A stretch of 64,000 bases of DNA from a virus (IMGVR_UViG_3300021387_000463:171001-235000), one strand, 5' to 3'; shown: positions 38,840 through 48,460, counted from the first letter of the stretch. Numbers and translations are program-made. The notes: generated from the sequence alone by a model not told the origin.

Positions 38840-39436
38840 ATGGCTAATTTAAATAAAGAATTAAAAAAGATATTTTTTACCACATTAAAGAGAAAGGCTG
38901 AAGAGGCATCGAAACCAAGGGCACCAATGTATTTGGGTGGTACAGTACCTCCAGTTACTCACAGGCCTACTACATATCAGCCTAATTTATTTAGTGGCCA
39001 AACAGACAGTATAGGTTGTATATATTTCTATGAGTGGTCAGACACCACAAGGAATCCTAAGACCTATTACACGTTAAAGGCATTTGAGAATTTCTTGAAT
39101 GATTGCCACATTTACCTAGCTAGTTGGCAGCGCGAGGTTCTTTCTCACATGAAGCATCCATACGTGGCATGCAAGAAGGGCGAGAGGGATATTGTCATCA
39201 AGAACAGCTACATGGAGTTGAGTAAAGCTATTGAGGAGGGTAGCAAAGCAGCTATCACCGTCCCTTTTACCCCAAGTAAATCTCAAGAGTCTAAAGCCCC
39301 TTTTACGGTTGGTGGTGGTAGTGAAGATAGAGAGCCATACAATGTGGCTATTACAAGACCACCAAGTATGAGACATATGGAGCCAGTATTCGAACCAGAT
39401 GGTAGATGGCCAGAGGAAGGACGTTGGTTTGGGTAA
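38840..39436 (+). CDS. Hypothetical protein
   Basis: Intact ORF. Confidence 0.8.
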   Translation: MANLNKELKKIFFTTLKRKAEEASKPRAPMYLGGTVPPVTHRPTTYQPNLFSGQTDSIGCIYFYEWSDTTRNPKTYYTLKAFENFLNDCHIYLASWQREVLSHMKHPYVACKKGERDIVIKNSYMELSKAIEEGSKAAITVPFTPSKSQESKAPFTVGGGSEDREPYNVAITRPPSMRHMEPVFEPDGRWPEEGRWFG

Positions 39437-39657
39437 ATGGACTTAAAAAAGTACAACGGCAACGTTGTTGCCATTGAACGTAAGTGAAATTGCGTACATA
39501 CGGCTAATGTTTTTTTCATAGTAGTTCACTATTTATTAGTGATGCATATTCTTCCTGCAATTGAAGCGGAAATGAGTTTTTCATGGTGAAAAGGACTATC
39601 TGTTGTGAAACACGTAGTCTGCGATTATTACTAAAATTTTGTGTTTTTCATTTTGGT

Positions 39658-39700
39658 AAAAAAAAGGATGGGTATTGTGAAATACTCATCCTTCATTTTT
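39658..39700. terminator. Bidirectional terminator between convergent units
   Basis: aaggatgggtatt-gtga-aatactcatcctt flanked by A and T runs. Confidence 0.75.
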
Positions 39701-39898
39701 TATAGGTTTTACATCTGTGATGCTTTCTTTACCATATTCCATAATTATTTTTTTAATTATGGCTGGTATTTCATTTTCCTTAATTAGCTTTGCGCTATTA
39801 ACATTGGTTGTTACGAGAGGTTTTCCGAAGACATCTACCCTTCTGAAATAGGTATTCTTTCTTCCCTTAAATGTGAACTCAAGCTTTACTTTATCCAT
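39686..39898 (-). CDS. Hypothetical protein
   Basis: ATG immediately after a 19-bp repeat. Confidence 0.7.
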   Translation of the reverse strand: MDKVKLEFTFKGRKNTYFRRVDVFGKPLVTTNVNSAKLIKENEIPAIIKKIIMEYGKESITDVKPIKNEG

Positions 39899-39922
39899 TG
39901 GACTTAAAAAAGTACAAGGGTC

Positions 39923-40141
39923 TTATGTAGGCACAACAACATATTCCATTGTTTTTAACTCATCATGGGTTTTTCCCATGTGATGTTTTAGGAAATCCAA
40001 TTCATTATTGGCTTCCATTGTACCTAGACACCCATAGTTATATGCCTCTTTAACGTCAGTGGTGAATTCCACCTTGTCATTGCTGATGTCGAATGATTTA
40101 ACCATCAGACCATCACTGTTTTTTGCTACTCCCTTTGCCAT
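39923..40141 (-). CDS. Hypothetical protein, related to 40193-40507
   Basis: Shared pattern V..FD...G/D.I.FT...A..Y...E..FLKHH...ELE/K.M. Confidence 0.75.
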   Translation of the reverse strand: MAKGVAKNSDGLMVKSFDISNDKVEFTTDVKEAYNYGCLGTMEANNELDFLKHHMGKTHDELKTMEYVVVPT

Positions 40142-40192
40142 AGTATAATAAGATTAAAGATTGGACTTAAAAAAGTACAACAGCAGTTGCTG

Positions 40193-40507
40193 CTAAGCTT
40201 CTCCATCTTCTTCAGCTAAGTCAGCATCTATTGGTTCATCTACTATCCATTCCATTTGAGCTATTGGTTCATCACCTACATCTTTATAGTTATACCATGA
40301 GCTATCGATATGCATGTATTCAAGCTCTGGATATTTTTCCGTGAAGTGATGTTTGATGTATTCGAATTCTGAATCAGCGAAGAAGCCATCATCCTCATAG
40401 TGTGCTCCTTCTCTCTCATCTTGGAACGTGATTGTTCCATTAGCCCCATCAACCTCTTTAATCCATTTCGATGGTTTGTTAGGCTCAGTAATTTTAAAAT
40501 ATGCCAT
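40193..40507 (-). CDS. Hypothetical acidic protein, related to 39923-40141
   Basis: EFEYIKHHF...PELEYM; acidic tail. Confidence 0.75.
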   Translation of the reverse strand: MAYFKITEPNKPSKWIKEVDGANGTITFQDEREGAHYEDDGFFADSEFEYIKHHFTEKYPELEYMHIDSSWYNYKDVGDEPIAQMEWIVDEPIDADLAEEDGEA

Positions 40508-40564
40508 AATATATCCAAGTTAAGTTATAGTTATTTTATTCCATATTCATTCAAATACGGAATA

Positions 40565-40605
40565 TGCTAATGCAAAGATATAAAAAATATCTTAAATAAC
40601 CAAAT
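40565..40605 (-). promoter_or_regulatory. Bacteroidota sigma70-type promoter (minus strand)
   Basis: TATCTTTG at 40580-40573 with TTTG upstream. Confidence 0.75.
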
Positions 40606-40653
40606 AAATTAAGTATTATTTGGATATATTAGACTTAAAAAAGTACATAACTC

Positions 40654-40992
40654 TCACTTTTGTTGATGAGAGTTATAGTATTCATGTATCTTACCAATGC
40701 GTTGGATAATTCTCCTTATATCGCTAACTTTAAACTTATATACGGAACAATATTTGCCATCTTGAAACCAATGTACCAATACATTTCCAATCTCTTCTGG
40801 GTCTATCTGAACCATATCCACATACAAGCCATCAAGTTTGAATGACGATGAATCAAACCTAATACCATTTGTGACAATATGATTGCCGAAGCACTCCTCA
40901 ATCAAATGCTTCAATTTATTTACAAGTTGAAGTTTTAAGGGTGTAGCCTTATATAACTGCACCCTTATCTCTTTAAGTTCTTTTTCGGTCAT
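40654..40992 (-). CDS. Hypothetical protein
   Basis: Coupled to the upstream gene. Confidence 0.7.
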   Translation of the reverse strand: MTEKELKEIRVQLYKATPLKLQLVNKLKHLIEECFGNHIVTNGIRFDSSSFKLDGLYVDMVQIDPEEIGNVLVHWFQDGKYCSVYKFKVSDIRRIIQRIGKIHEYYNSHQQK

Positions 40993-41222
40993 TATGCCAA
41001 ATCAGTTAGGAAATACCACCAATTACTGAGAAGTTGCTCTTTTGCCAATGGATTGTTGAGCACGACCTCGCTAAACTCTTCCATACTCTCAAAGATTGCT
41101 GTATCTCCGTCTGAAAGAGCAAGTGTGCTCATTTCCTTATCAGAGATTGAATCCATCCATTTCTTGTCATAAGATGAATCCTTTGGCACTCCGATTACTC
41201 TTACATTAAGATGTTTATCCAT
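40992..41222 (-). CDS. Hypothetical protein
   Basis: Start trimmed to ATG 41222 downstream of the minus-strand promoter. Confidence 0.75.
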   Translation of the reverse strand: MDKHLNVRVIGVPKDSSYDKKWMDSISDKEMSTLALSDGDTAIFESMEEFSEVVLNNPLAKEQLLSNWWYFLTDLA

Positions 41223-41243
41223 ATTCTTTTTAAATTTATTGTT

Positions 41244-41285
41244 TGATGGTGCAAAGATACGAAATATTTTTGAAACAGCCAAATA
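41244..41285 (-). promoter_or_regulatory. Bacteroidota sigma70-type promoter, divergent from 41428
   Basis: tttggctgtttcaaaaatatttcgTATCTTTGcacc on the minus strand. Confidence 0.85.
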
Positions 41286-41469
41286 AAAATAGATTTATTT
41301 TAATTTTATTTTTTCCCTATATATTATATAATAAGGTATATATAGTGATTTTGTAAAGAAATCAGAAATATTTTCGATTGAGCGTAATTTTTTTGGTATT
41401 TTTCTTGGTTATGTGCTGGGGATTTCGTATCTTTGCATCGCAAATAAAAAATTAAAGGAGATTTAAGTT

Positions 41470-41898
41470 ATGAAGTTTACGATTGACGGACGTGAATATG
41501 AGGATTATCAGTTGAGCAACGAGCAGATTGCTAGACTGATTGAGGGTGACAATACCTTAGATTTTAATGCCTTGCAATGTCTCACAAATAAGGTATATGA
41601 GCGTTTCAAGTATGCCCTTTGTCCTCGTAAGAATGAGGGCGAGGATAATGACGATGTATTTGCACGTTTCTTTAGCAACTTTGTCAATGGCAAGTGTCAT
41701 AGCAAGAAAAAGGTAGCAGAGAGAATGTGCCGTGAGCATAGATATTTGCAGAACGAAATGTTCAAGGTATGTTTGGAATATATCAAGAAACTCGCTGAGA
41801 ATTGTGAGAATGGCTATTATGACCCAAGGAACAAGTATGCAGCAGAGACCTCAAAGAAGATTATTGATTATTTTAAGGAAATAGATTATCCTTATTAA
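41470..41898 (+). CDS. Hypothetical protein
   Basis: Own promoter and SD; HRYLQNEMFKVC motif. Confidence 0.8.
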   Translation: MKFTIDGREYEDYQLSNEQIARLIEGDNTLDFNALQCLTNKVYERFKYALCPRKNEGEDNDDVFARFFSNFVNGKCHSKKKVAERMCREHRYLQNEMFKVCLEYIKKLAENCENGYYDPRNKYAAETSKKIIDYFKEIDYPY

Positions 41899-42015
41899 AA
41901 ATCATTAATGTATTGAAGATTTCTTCAAAATTTTTTGGTAGATTCAAAAAGATTTCGTATCTTTACATCGTGAAAGAAATTAAATCAGTTATTAACAATT
42001 AAGAAAGAGTTAGTT

Positions 42016-43113
42016 ATGAGCGCAATGATTGAGATTACAAGCAAGGGTGCAAGTTTCGCTGAGAATGGTAAGCGTGAGCGTGCTTGGCATGGACTTGGAC
42101 AAGTGGTAGATGAACCAATGTTCGTGAAGGATGCACTGAAACTTTGTCACGCTGATTACAACGTAGGCTTACAGCCAGTGATAGCCCTCTCTGATGAGTT
42201 ACGCAATGCTATGGACAATGGCGAGTTTATCAACGCTGCAATGTTGAAGAGTCTGCTTGTTGACAACACTATGGCTACAATGCGTCTCGATAGCAACAAG
42301 AGCCTTGGCATCGTATCTGATAAGTATGGTATCGTACAGAACGAGGACGCTTTCAAGTTCGTGGATATGTTCTGTAGCGGTAAGTTTGCCGATAGAGACA
42401 ACACCCCAGTGATTGAAACTTGTGGCGTGCTTGGAAATGGTGAGCGTGTATTTGTTACTGCAAAGTTCCCACAGAGCATTGTGTTGGACGCAAAACGTGA
42501 CGATTTGGTGGATATGTACGTAGTGTTTACCACCTCTCACGATGGCACTGGTTCAGTACGTTGTATGGTAACTCCAGTACGTGTTGTATGTAACAATACC
42601 CTTAATTGGGCAATGAAGAATAACATTGGGCGTATCGCATTTCGTCACTCTTCAAAGGTTATGTCACGTCTTGACCTCTTGAATAAGGAAAACGCTGAGT
42701 TTGCTTATAAGGCTCTGAATGTGGCTGAGACTTACTCTAACTCACTCGCACAGAGTTTTGAGCACTTGCGCAACATCAAGTTGGCTGAAAGAGACCTTGA
42801 TAACATCATTGCACAAGTTGTATTGGCTCCAGATGCTTCAAAGGATTTCTTGGAGAATCATAACATCTACAGCGATGCAATCAAGACACGTGGACGCAAC
42901 ATCTTCTTAGGTGTCAAGGAGTGCTTAGAGACTGGTATAGGTCAAGAGGGTCAAGAGCGAGGTACTGCAATGTGGCTGATGAACGGAATGACCTCTTACT
43001 TTCAGAATGAGGCCACAGAGCGCAGCGAGGAAATCAAGTTCGACAGCATTATGGATGGCAACATCTACAAAAAGGTGCAGAAGACATTTGACCTTTGTCT
43101 CGCAGCAGCCTAA
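42016..43113 (+). CDS. DUF932 / TIGR03299 phage-plasmid protein
   Basis: AWHGLG, LGIVS.KY.IVQN, ET.G.L..G.RVF, SHDG.GS, TP.RVVC.NTL. Confidence 0.9.
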   Translation: MSAMIEITSKGASFAENGKRERAWHGLGQVVDEPMFVKDALKLCHADYNVGLQPVIALSDELRNAMDNGEFINAAMLKSLLVDNTMATMRLDSNKSLGIVSDKYGIVQNEDAFKFVDMFCSGKFADRDNTPVIETCGVLGNGERVFVTAKFPQSIVLDAKRDDLVDMYVVFTTSHDGTGSVRCMVTPVRVVCNNTLNWAMKNNIGRIAFRHSSKVMSRLDLLNKENAEFAYKALNVAETYSNSLAQSFEHLRNIKLAERDLDNIIAQVVLAPDASKDFLENHNIYSDAIKTRGRNIFLGVKECLETGIGQEGQERGTAMWLMNGMTSYFQNEATERSEEIKFDSIMDGNIYKKVQKTFDLCLAAA

Positions 43114-43120
43114 GAAAATT

Positions 43121-43150
43121 AATCCCCACCTTAAAAAAGTGGGGATTTTT
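43121..43150 (+). terminator. Rho-independent terminator
   Basis: aatccccac-cttaaaaaa-gtggggattttt. Confidence 0.8.
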
Positions 43151-43205
43151 CTTGGTTATTTCAAAATAATTTCGTATCTTTGCATCAAGAAACAATTAAA
43201 GATAA

Positions 43206-43511
43206 ATGAATATGGAAAAGATTAGAATTAAAAAGAGAAAACCGAAATTGTGTTATCCAAAATGCAATCATATATATCAGCAGTCAGCACAACCTTATAG
43301 GAATGTGTTTGTTAGGGTTAAATCAGTCAATAAGATTGGAAAAGAAGATGAACTTGGTAATGCTACTTATAAAGTAATTTACACGTTTGATGAAATTGAT
43401 TATTATCACGATGTGTATGGCGATAAGGAGTTTGTAAATATGGTCACATCAAATGGTAAACCTTATGAGGATGGCGAAAGATATGAGTGGGAATTAAGTA
43501 TTGATTGTTAG
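43206..43511 (+). CDS. Hypothetical protein
   Basis: Own promoter. Confidence 0.7.
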   Translation: MNMEKIRIKKRKPKLCYPKCNHIYQQSAQPYRNVFVRVKSVNKIGKEDELGNATYKVIYTFDEIDYYHDVYGDKEFVNMVTSNGKPYEDGERYEWELSIDC

Positions 43512-43565
43512 TATGGAGAAAAAGTATATCATATAAGGGTAGTTAAACAAATAAAGAATAAGATT

Positions 43566-43841
43566 ATGAAGATTAATGAGTTAAAAGATTTTTCGTTTTA
43601 TATTGGTAACACTTCTGATGATTTAGATGTTGTTGCAACCAATGAGGGTATCATGATTGATGATGAACTTGATGGCACGTATGATGATAACGACATTATT
43701 GATAGTCATGACTTATGCAATGCCATTGATGATGCGATACTTAATTGCACTAAATTGTCAAGCGACGATACAGATGAATTGGGCACATATCTTGGTGCTG
43801 ATATTACCATTAAAGATTGGTGGGAAGAAAACTATGGTTAA
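43566..43841 (+). CDS. Small acidic protein
   Basis: Asp-rich, very few basic residues. Confidence 0.75.
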   Translation: MKINELKDFSFYIGNTSDDLDVVATNEGIMIDDELDGTYDDNDIIDSHDLCNAIDDAILNCTKLSSDDTDELGTYLGADITIKDWWEENYG

Positions 43842-44202
43842 ACAATATCATATAAGGGTATATATTCCCACAGAGGAAATTGGACTAATCATGAACGATG
43901 CGGTTGATACCAATGCTTTCAAACTGAATAATAGTTATGACGGCATGAATGGTATGATTGCAATCTATGATGGCTATTGCAATGGCAATGTATTGAAATT
44001 GCTCATTTCCCTTGGTATTATATATTTCCCATTGAATAATTATGAGGATTTCATTATCACTTGTCCAAATTGTGGTGAGAGGATTAATGATGATATGATA
44101 TTAACCATATATGATGAAAATCTATTGAGTGGCTATAATATACTATGTTATAGAAATGATTGTGGGGTACAAATGGCTGATGTGGAATTTCTAAACCAAT
44201 AA
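43834..44202 (+). CDS. Hypothetical protein with zinc ribbon
   Basis: CPNC...C...C; start trimmed. Confidence 0.65.
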   Translation: MVKQYHIRVYIPTEEIGLIMNDAVDTNAFKLNNSYDGMNGMIAIYDGYCNGNVLKLLISLGIIYFPLNNYEDFIITCPNCGERINDDMILTIYDENLLSGYNILCYRNDCGVQMADVEFLNQ

Positions 44203-44206
44203 AAAT

Positions 44207-44320
44207 ATGGATAAGTATCTATTTTATAATTACGCTTATTTAGCGTTATGGGTGATTGTTCCATGCTATCTATACATATTATATAAGGTATGCAAGTGGT
44301 TGGGATTAGATAAGGAATAA
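44207..44320 (+). CDS. Small membrane peptide (37 aa)
   Basis: MDKYLFYNYAYLALWVIVPCYLYILYKV... Confidence 0.5.
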   Translation: MDKYLFYNYAYLALWVIVPCYLYILYKVCKWLGLDKE

Positions 44321-44351
44321 GGTGTAATCTATAGGGGTTACACCTTTTTTT
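44319..44351 (+). terminator. Rho-independent terminator
   Basis: aaggtgtaatc-tatagg-ggttacacctttttt. Confidence 0.75.
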
Positions 44352-44463
44352 GTAAACAATTCAGAAAAATATTATTATAAATTGAAAATAATTTGGTTTT
44401 TGTTTGGCTAATTCAAAATAATTTCGTATCTTTGCATCACGAAACAATTAAGGAGATAAAGAT

Positions 44464-45285
44464 ATGTTAGGTTACAGCAAAGCAAAACAAGAGTTAGGAA
44501 TTTCCTACTTAGGTAATGTGGCACAGAGCATGAAAATGCGCCTTTCTTATGAGCATGGCACAATGACATATTGTTTGTACCTCGCTCCTTGGAATATGAG
44601 TGGCTACAATGTATGCCCCAAAGGTCAGCACTGCAATGAGTTCTGCCTTAATGGTAGTGGACAAAACAAGTGTGATGAACTTGCGAGAGGTATTGAGGGT
44701 TCTAAAATTAATCGCTCACGCATCAAGAAAACCAAATTGTTCTATGAGAACAGAGGTTTGTTCATGGATATCCTCATACATGAGATTGAGAGCAAACGAG
44801 AGAAAGCAAAACGCATGGGATATGGCTTTAGTGTGCGTTTGAATGGTACAAGCGACATTTCCCCACTTGCTTTCAGAGACCCTAAGACTGATAAGAACAT
44901 CTTAGAGTTGTTCAACGATGTGCAGTTTTATGACTACACAAAAGTTTACAACAGAACAAAACTCTTAGAGACCTATACCAACTATGACCTCACTTTCAGT
45001 TATGACGGATATAATTGGGATGAATGTGAAAAGTTCTTACAAAACAATGGCAAAGTTGCTGTAGTGTTCTATTCTGAAAAGGGCATCTTACCAAAGAAAT
45101 TTAAGGGTTATGATGTAATAGATGCAAACGACTACGATATGCGTTATTTAGACCCAAAACGCTCTATTATGGGGTTGCACTACCATAAAACAGCACATGA
45201 TTATAAGAGTGGACATTTTGTAGTGCCAAACACACCATTCGTAATTAATCTTGACAAAGAGAGTGATGTGGATTGGGGATTTTAA
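44464..45285 (+). CDS. GP88 domain protein
   Basis: LYLAP..SG.NVCP..C..CL, VRLNGTSDI, VQFYDYTK, NYDLTFSY. Confidence 0.85.
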   Translation: MLGYSKAKQELGISYLGNVAQSMKMRLSYEHGTMTYCLYLAPWNMSGYNVCPKGQHCNEFCLNGSGQNKCDELARGIEGSKINRSRIKKTKLFYENRGLFMDILIHEIESKREKAKRMGYGFSVRLNGTSDISPLAFRDPKTDKNILELFNDVQFYDYTKVYNRTKLLETYTNYDLTFSYDGYNWDECEKFLQNNGKVAVVFYSEKGILPKKFKGYDVIDANDYDMRYLDPKRSIMGLHYHKTAHDYKSGHFVVPNTPFVINLDKESDVDWGF

Positions 45286-45373
45286 TTCCCCACCACATTT
45301 TTCTACGAAAAAATTTGGTAGATTTAAAATAATTTCGTATATTTACATCAAGAAACAATTAAAGATTAGAGAT

Positions 45374-45541
45374 ATGGCAAGGAAATATGCGTATTACGTA
45401 TCCGTTGTGGACGGAGAGGATTCAGAGACATTTGAGCGTTATAGGGATGCTTTTACCCATTATATGAGAGGTGATGCACCTAAGACCCTTTGGGGAGTGA
45501 GTGAGGATGATGATTATTCAGTAATATTTTCAGAGGAATGA
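45374..45541 (+). CDS. Small hypothetical protein
   Basis: ATG 45374 after promoter 45338. Confidence 0.7.
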   Translation: MARKYAYYVSVVDGEDSETFERYRDAFTHYMRGDAPKTLWGVSEDDDYSVIFSEE

Positions 45542-45930
45542 AGAAGTTATTTAGTTTGCTTATAATGGCATTTGCTTTGTCTCTAACGGCTTGTAATGCC
45601 AAAGGTAATAAGTTAGAGGGTAAGTATCTTACAGAGGAATACAATACACAAGATGGCGATGGAATGACCCAAGTGACTTACACCTTTACTAATGATTCAC
45701 TCTACATTGATGCCTATCCAAGTGGTTGCGGAATCACGGCACTTTCATTGGAGTGGTACTCTGATAAGAGTTGCACGGCAACAGAGACCATAACCGACAT
45801 CAATGGCGATGGCAAAGAGGTGGCATATATAAGGATATACCATATATCTTTTGTACCATGCGAGTGGGGTAAAAATGAGTTTGCAGTATTCCGAGACTAC
45901 AAGGTTGTTGATATAATTAAGAAATTTTAA
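45538..45930 (+). CDS. Putative lipoprotein
   Basis: MKKLFSLLIMAFALSLTAC lipobox. Confidence 0.7.
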   Translation: MKKLFSLLIMAFALSLTACNAKGNKLEGKYLTEEYNTQDGDGMTQVTYTFTNDSLYIDAYPSGCGITALSLEWYSDKSCTATETITDINGDGKEVAYIRIYHISFVPCEWGKNEFAVFRDYKVVDIIKKF

Positions 45931-46004
45931 CGAGGTAACTTTGGTTATCTCGTTTTTTTTTAATATCTTTGCCAAAGTAATAAACTAATAAATTAATAGT
46001 AAAA

Positions 46005-46352
46005 ATGGCAGAGAACGAAAGTAAAGTTTGGGAAAAACTATGCGGTAAAAAGATTGGTACTGAGAAACTTTCGATAGAGGGTTTTAAGAATCAGATACCA
46101 TTTGAGATTTACGATGGCTATGCTTATTGTGAGAACTATAAGGGTCACAGGTATGATATGGAATATCCTACCCTCAAAGCGGTTAGGGAGAGTGAAGAAA
46201 TGGCTAATACCATTTTAAATTATATCAATAAGATTAGTGATAAAAAACTTGAATCAGTTGATGAAATTGGTGTTATCCATTGTTTGATTACATTTAACAC
46301 CTTGAAACGTGATGGCGTTGAGATTGTACCTAAAACAAAAGAGGCTGCATAA
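46005..46352 (+). CDS. Hypothetical protein
   Basis: Own promoter. Confidence 0.75.
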   Translation: MAENESKVWEKLCGKKIGTEKLSIEGFKNQIPFEIYDGYAYCENYKGHRYDMEYPTLKAVRESEEMANTILNYINKISDKKLESVDEIGVIHCLITFNTLKRDGVEIVPKTKEAA

Positions 46353-46354
46353 TT

Positions 46355-46528
46355 ATGGGAAAATTTAAGATACAACTTAACTATAACGCTTCGTATGTCA
46401 CCGAAGTGGATGCGAAGGATGAAGGTGAGGCTTATGATAAGGCTCGTAATAGAGCAGAAGAAGCCGATATTAAAGAGTTCGTGATTTGTGGTGAACGTGA
46501 ATCACTAATACTTAGTAGGGAAGACTAA
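46355..46528 (+). CDS. Small hypothetical protein (57 aa)
   Basis: Y...VDAKDE.EA...A pattern. Confidence 0.65.
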   Translation: MGKFKIQLNYNASYVTEVDAKDEGEAYDKARNRAEEADIKEFVICGERESLILSRED

Positions 46529-46572
46529 CGTTCATATAGTTTTTTTTTATTGTTTTATATTAGTTGTTCCAT

Positions 46573-46605
46573 GTGGGCTGGGAAGTAATTCTCAGCCCAT
46601 TTTTT
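46573..46605 (+). terminator. Rho-independent terminator, GTAA loop
   Basis: tgggctgggaa-gtaa-ttctcagccca-tttttt. Confidence 0.85.
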
Positions 46606-46707
46606 GTTAAAAAGGGTTAATATCCCAGAGATTTTCCACAATTTCCTTTGTCAATTCAAAATAATTTCGTATCTTTGCACCATCAAACAAATAAGGAAGA
46701 TTAAGTT

Positions 46708-47163
46708 ATGGTAGAAGCAAAGTTAAGAGTTGAAATGACCGAAACAAGAAATGGGAGCAAAAACCCTTTCTATGGTAATACTATGGTGAAAAAGGTAGTT
46801 GAGGACATTCTCTACCATGATACCGATAAGAGAGAAGATATTGCTCCTTGTGGAGTTTATGCCACCATTGGTATTAGGGGCAAAATAACATTGGGAGAGG
46901 GTGATACGTCCTTAGAGACGCTGAATGTATTTGACATCAAAATCAATAGGTATTATTTCGATAGAGAGGGTGATGGCGGTTACATTGCATATTTCACCAT
47001 TGAGGAAAAAACCTATGAAGTATGGGTGCGTTTTGAGGATAAACACCTTATGGAAATAACTCTTTCAGAATGGCTGCAAAGTTCATATTTTGAAGATGGT
47101 GACAATGCAGATAACGTTTACCATGTGTGTGATTTCACAACAATATCTGAACTCATCTGTTAA
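46708..47163 (+). CDS. Hypothetical protein
   Basis: Own promoter. Confidence 0.75.
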   Translation: MVEAKLRVEMTETRNGSKNPFYGNTMVKKVVEDILYHDTDKREDIAPCGVYATIGIRGKITLGEGDTSLETLNVFDIKINRYYFDREGDGGYIAYFTIEEKTYEVWVRFEDKHLMEITLSEWLQSSYFEDGDNADNVYHVCDFTTISELIC

Positions 47164-47274
47164 AAAGGGTTAAAAGACCAGATAAAATTTGGCCAGTTCA
47201 AAATAATTTCGTATCTTTGCATCACAAAAGAAAACAACATTATTAATAACATTAATTTATAGGAGATTAAAAAA

Positions 47275-47829
47275 ATGACAAAAGAAGTAAAGAAAGTAAC
47301 AATTGATGCACGTGTTCGTGCAATCGCTAAGAGTGGTAGCGGTAAGGGTGTAGGTATGCCAAATTGGTTTACGCTTCCGCAGAATAAGGAGAAACGTGCG
47401 CTGCATATCGACATCTGCAAAAAACTCGCAGAGTTGTCAGAGAAACACGACAACTATCCTATCACCTACCTTGTGTATTTCGCTGTGGGCAAGAACGCAC
47501 ATCGTCTTTGCACCTTCCTCGGTGGCTACGACAAGATTGACGAGAAGAAGGCCGAGACTATCTTCAAGTGGCTCACTCTCTTCGCAAAGCACCACAAGAA
47601 CGAAAAGTTGTTCAAGAATCCCAACGTGGCTCATGCTCTTTGTCGCTTCTACGACAAGTACAGCACCAAGACCAAGGATTTCAAGGATGCTTTGGAGAAG
47701 ATGGAGAAGAACCCCAAGATTGACGTGAAGAACGCTAAGATGGCAGTCGAAGGGTTGGGCATCGCCAAAAAGGTGGAAGAGACTGCTCCAGCAGAGGAAA
47801 TGGAAATGGCTATGGCTGCTGCCGAGTAA
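47275..47829 (+). CDS. Hypothetical protein, probably highly expressed
   Basis: Own promoter and SD; C-ending codons (TTC, AAC, ATC, TAC) strongly preferred. Confidence 0.85.
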   Translation: MTKEVKKVTIDARVRAIAKSGSGKGVGMPNWFTLPQNKEKRALHIDICKKLAELSEKHDNYPITYLVYFAVGKNAHRLCTFLGGYDKIDEKKAETIFKWLTLFAKHHKNEKLFKNPNVAHALCRFYDKYSTKTKDFKDALEKMEKNPKIDVKNAKMAVEGLGIAKKVEETAPAEEMEMAMAAAE

Positions 47830-47840
47830 GACAAAGGTTA

Positions 47841-47863
47841 GGTGGGGTGAAATAATCCCCACC
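47841..47863 (+). terminator. Hairpin after 47275 gene
   Basis: ggtgggg-tgaaataat-ccccacc. Confidence 0.6.
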
Positions 47864-47949
47864 ATTCCTTAACAAATCTTAAAAAATGCCGAAATATTTG
47901 GTCAATCCAAAATAATTTCGTATCTTTGCACCGTTAAAGCAAAAGAGTT

Positions 47950-48168
47950 ATGGATACATACGAAACAGAAAGTGGTTACATTGTAACTGAGACCCTTGGC
48001 GGTTTGGAAGTCACAGAGGACGATAGAGTTATTTGCACACTCGATGGCAAGACCCTTGAAGACTATTGTGACGAGGACGAAAACATTGACGATGATGCGC
48101 TTGAAGCAGACATCCGTGAGGGTGAAGAAGTAGAAGATTTCTTAGCCTATCAGAATGAATACTGCTAA
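47950..48168 (+). CDS. Small hyper-acidic protein
   Basis: YCDEDENIDDDALEADIREGEEVEDF; own promoter. Confidence 0.8.
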   Translation: MDTYETESGYIVTETLGGLEVTEDDRVICTLDGKTLEDYCDEDENIDDDALEADIREGEEVEDFLAYQNEYC

Positions 48169-48280
48169 CGAATGTTAATGAGTGCAAATTTCTACAAAAA
48201 AAATTGGTAGTTTCAAGAAATTTTCGTATCTTTGCATCGTGAAACAATAACAAAGTATTAATTAATAAAAGTAAAGCAAA

Positions 48281-48460
48281 ATGAGTAGCGCACAGAAACG
48301 TCTGAATAAGGCGATTAAGAACAACCGAGTGGTAGCAATCCCCTCGAAGAAGCGTAAGGACTATATGGTTGACGAGAATGGTCAGCAGATGTATGACCCC
48401 AAGACCAATGAGCCAATGGTCAAGGAAACGCAACTTTATAAGATTAAGAAAATGAACTAA
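48281..48460 (+). CDS. Small basic protein (59 aa)
   Basis: MSSAQKRLNKAIKNNR...; own promoter; missed by the ORF track. Confidence 0.75.
   Translation: MSSAQKRLNKAIKNNRVVAIPSKKRKDYMVDENGQQMYDPKTNEPMVKETQLYKIKKMN

Larger units (their letters stand above)
39438..40647. repeat. Four direct copies of (T)GGACTTAAAAAAGTACA(A)
   Basis: 39438-39456, 39899-39917 and 40162-40180 are identical over 19 bp; 40631-40647 is a variant. Each copy lies next to a stop codon. Confidence 0.9.

Noticed and set aside
39283-39519. Minus-strand ORF MKKTLAV...
   Set aside because: It overlaps the well-supported + strand gene 38840-39436 for 150 bp and lies beyond the terminator of the minus-strand island
39438-40647. 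CRISPR array reading of the 19-bp repeats
   Set aside because: The repeats are too short and the intervals are 244-450 bp and contain whole genes; no cas genes are visible
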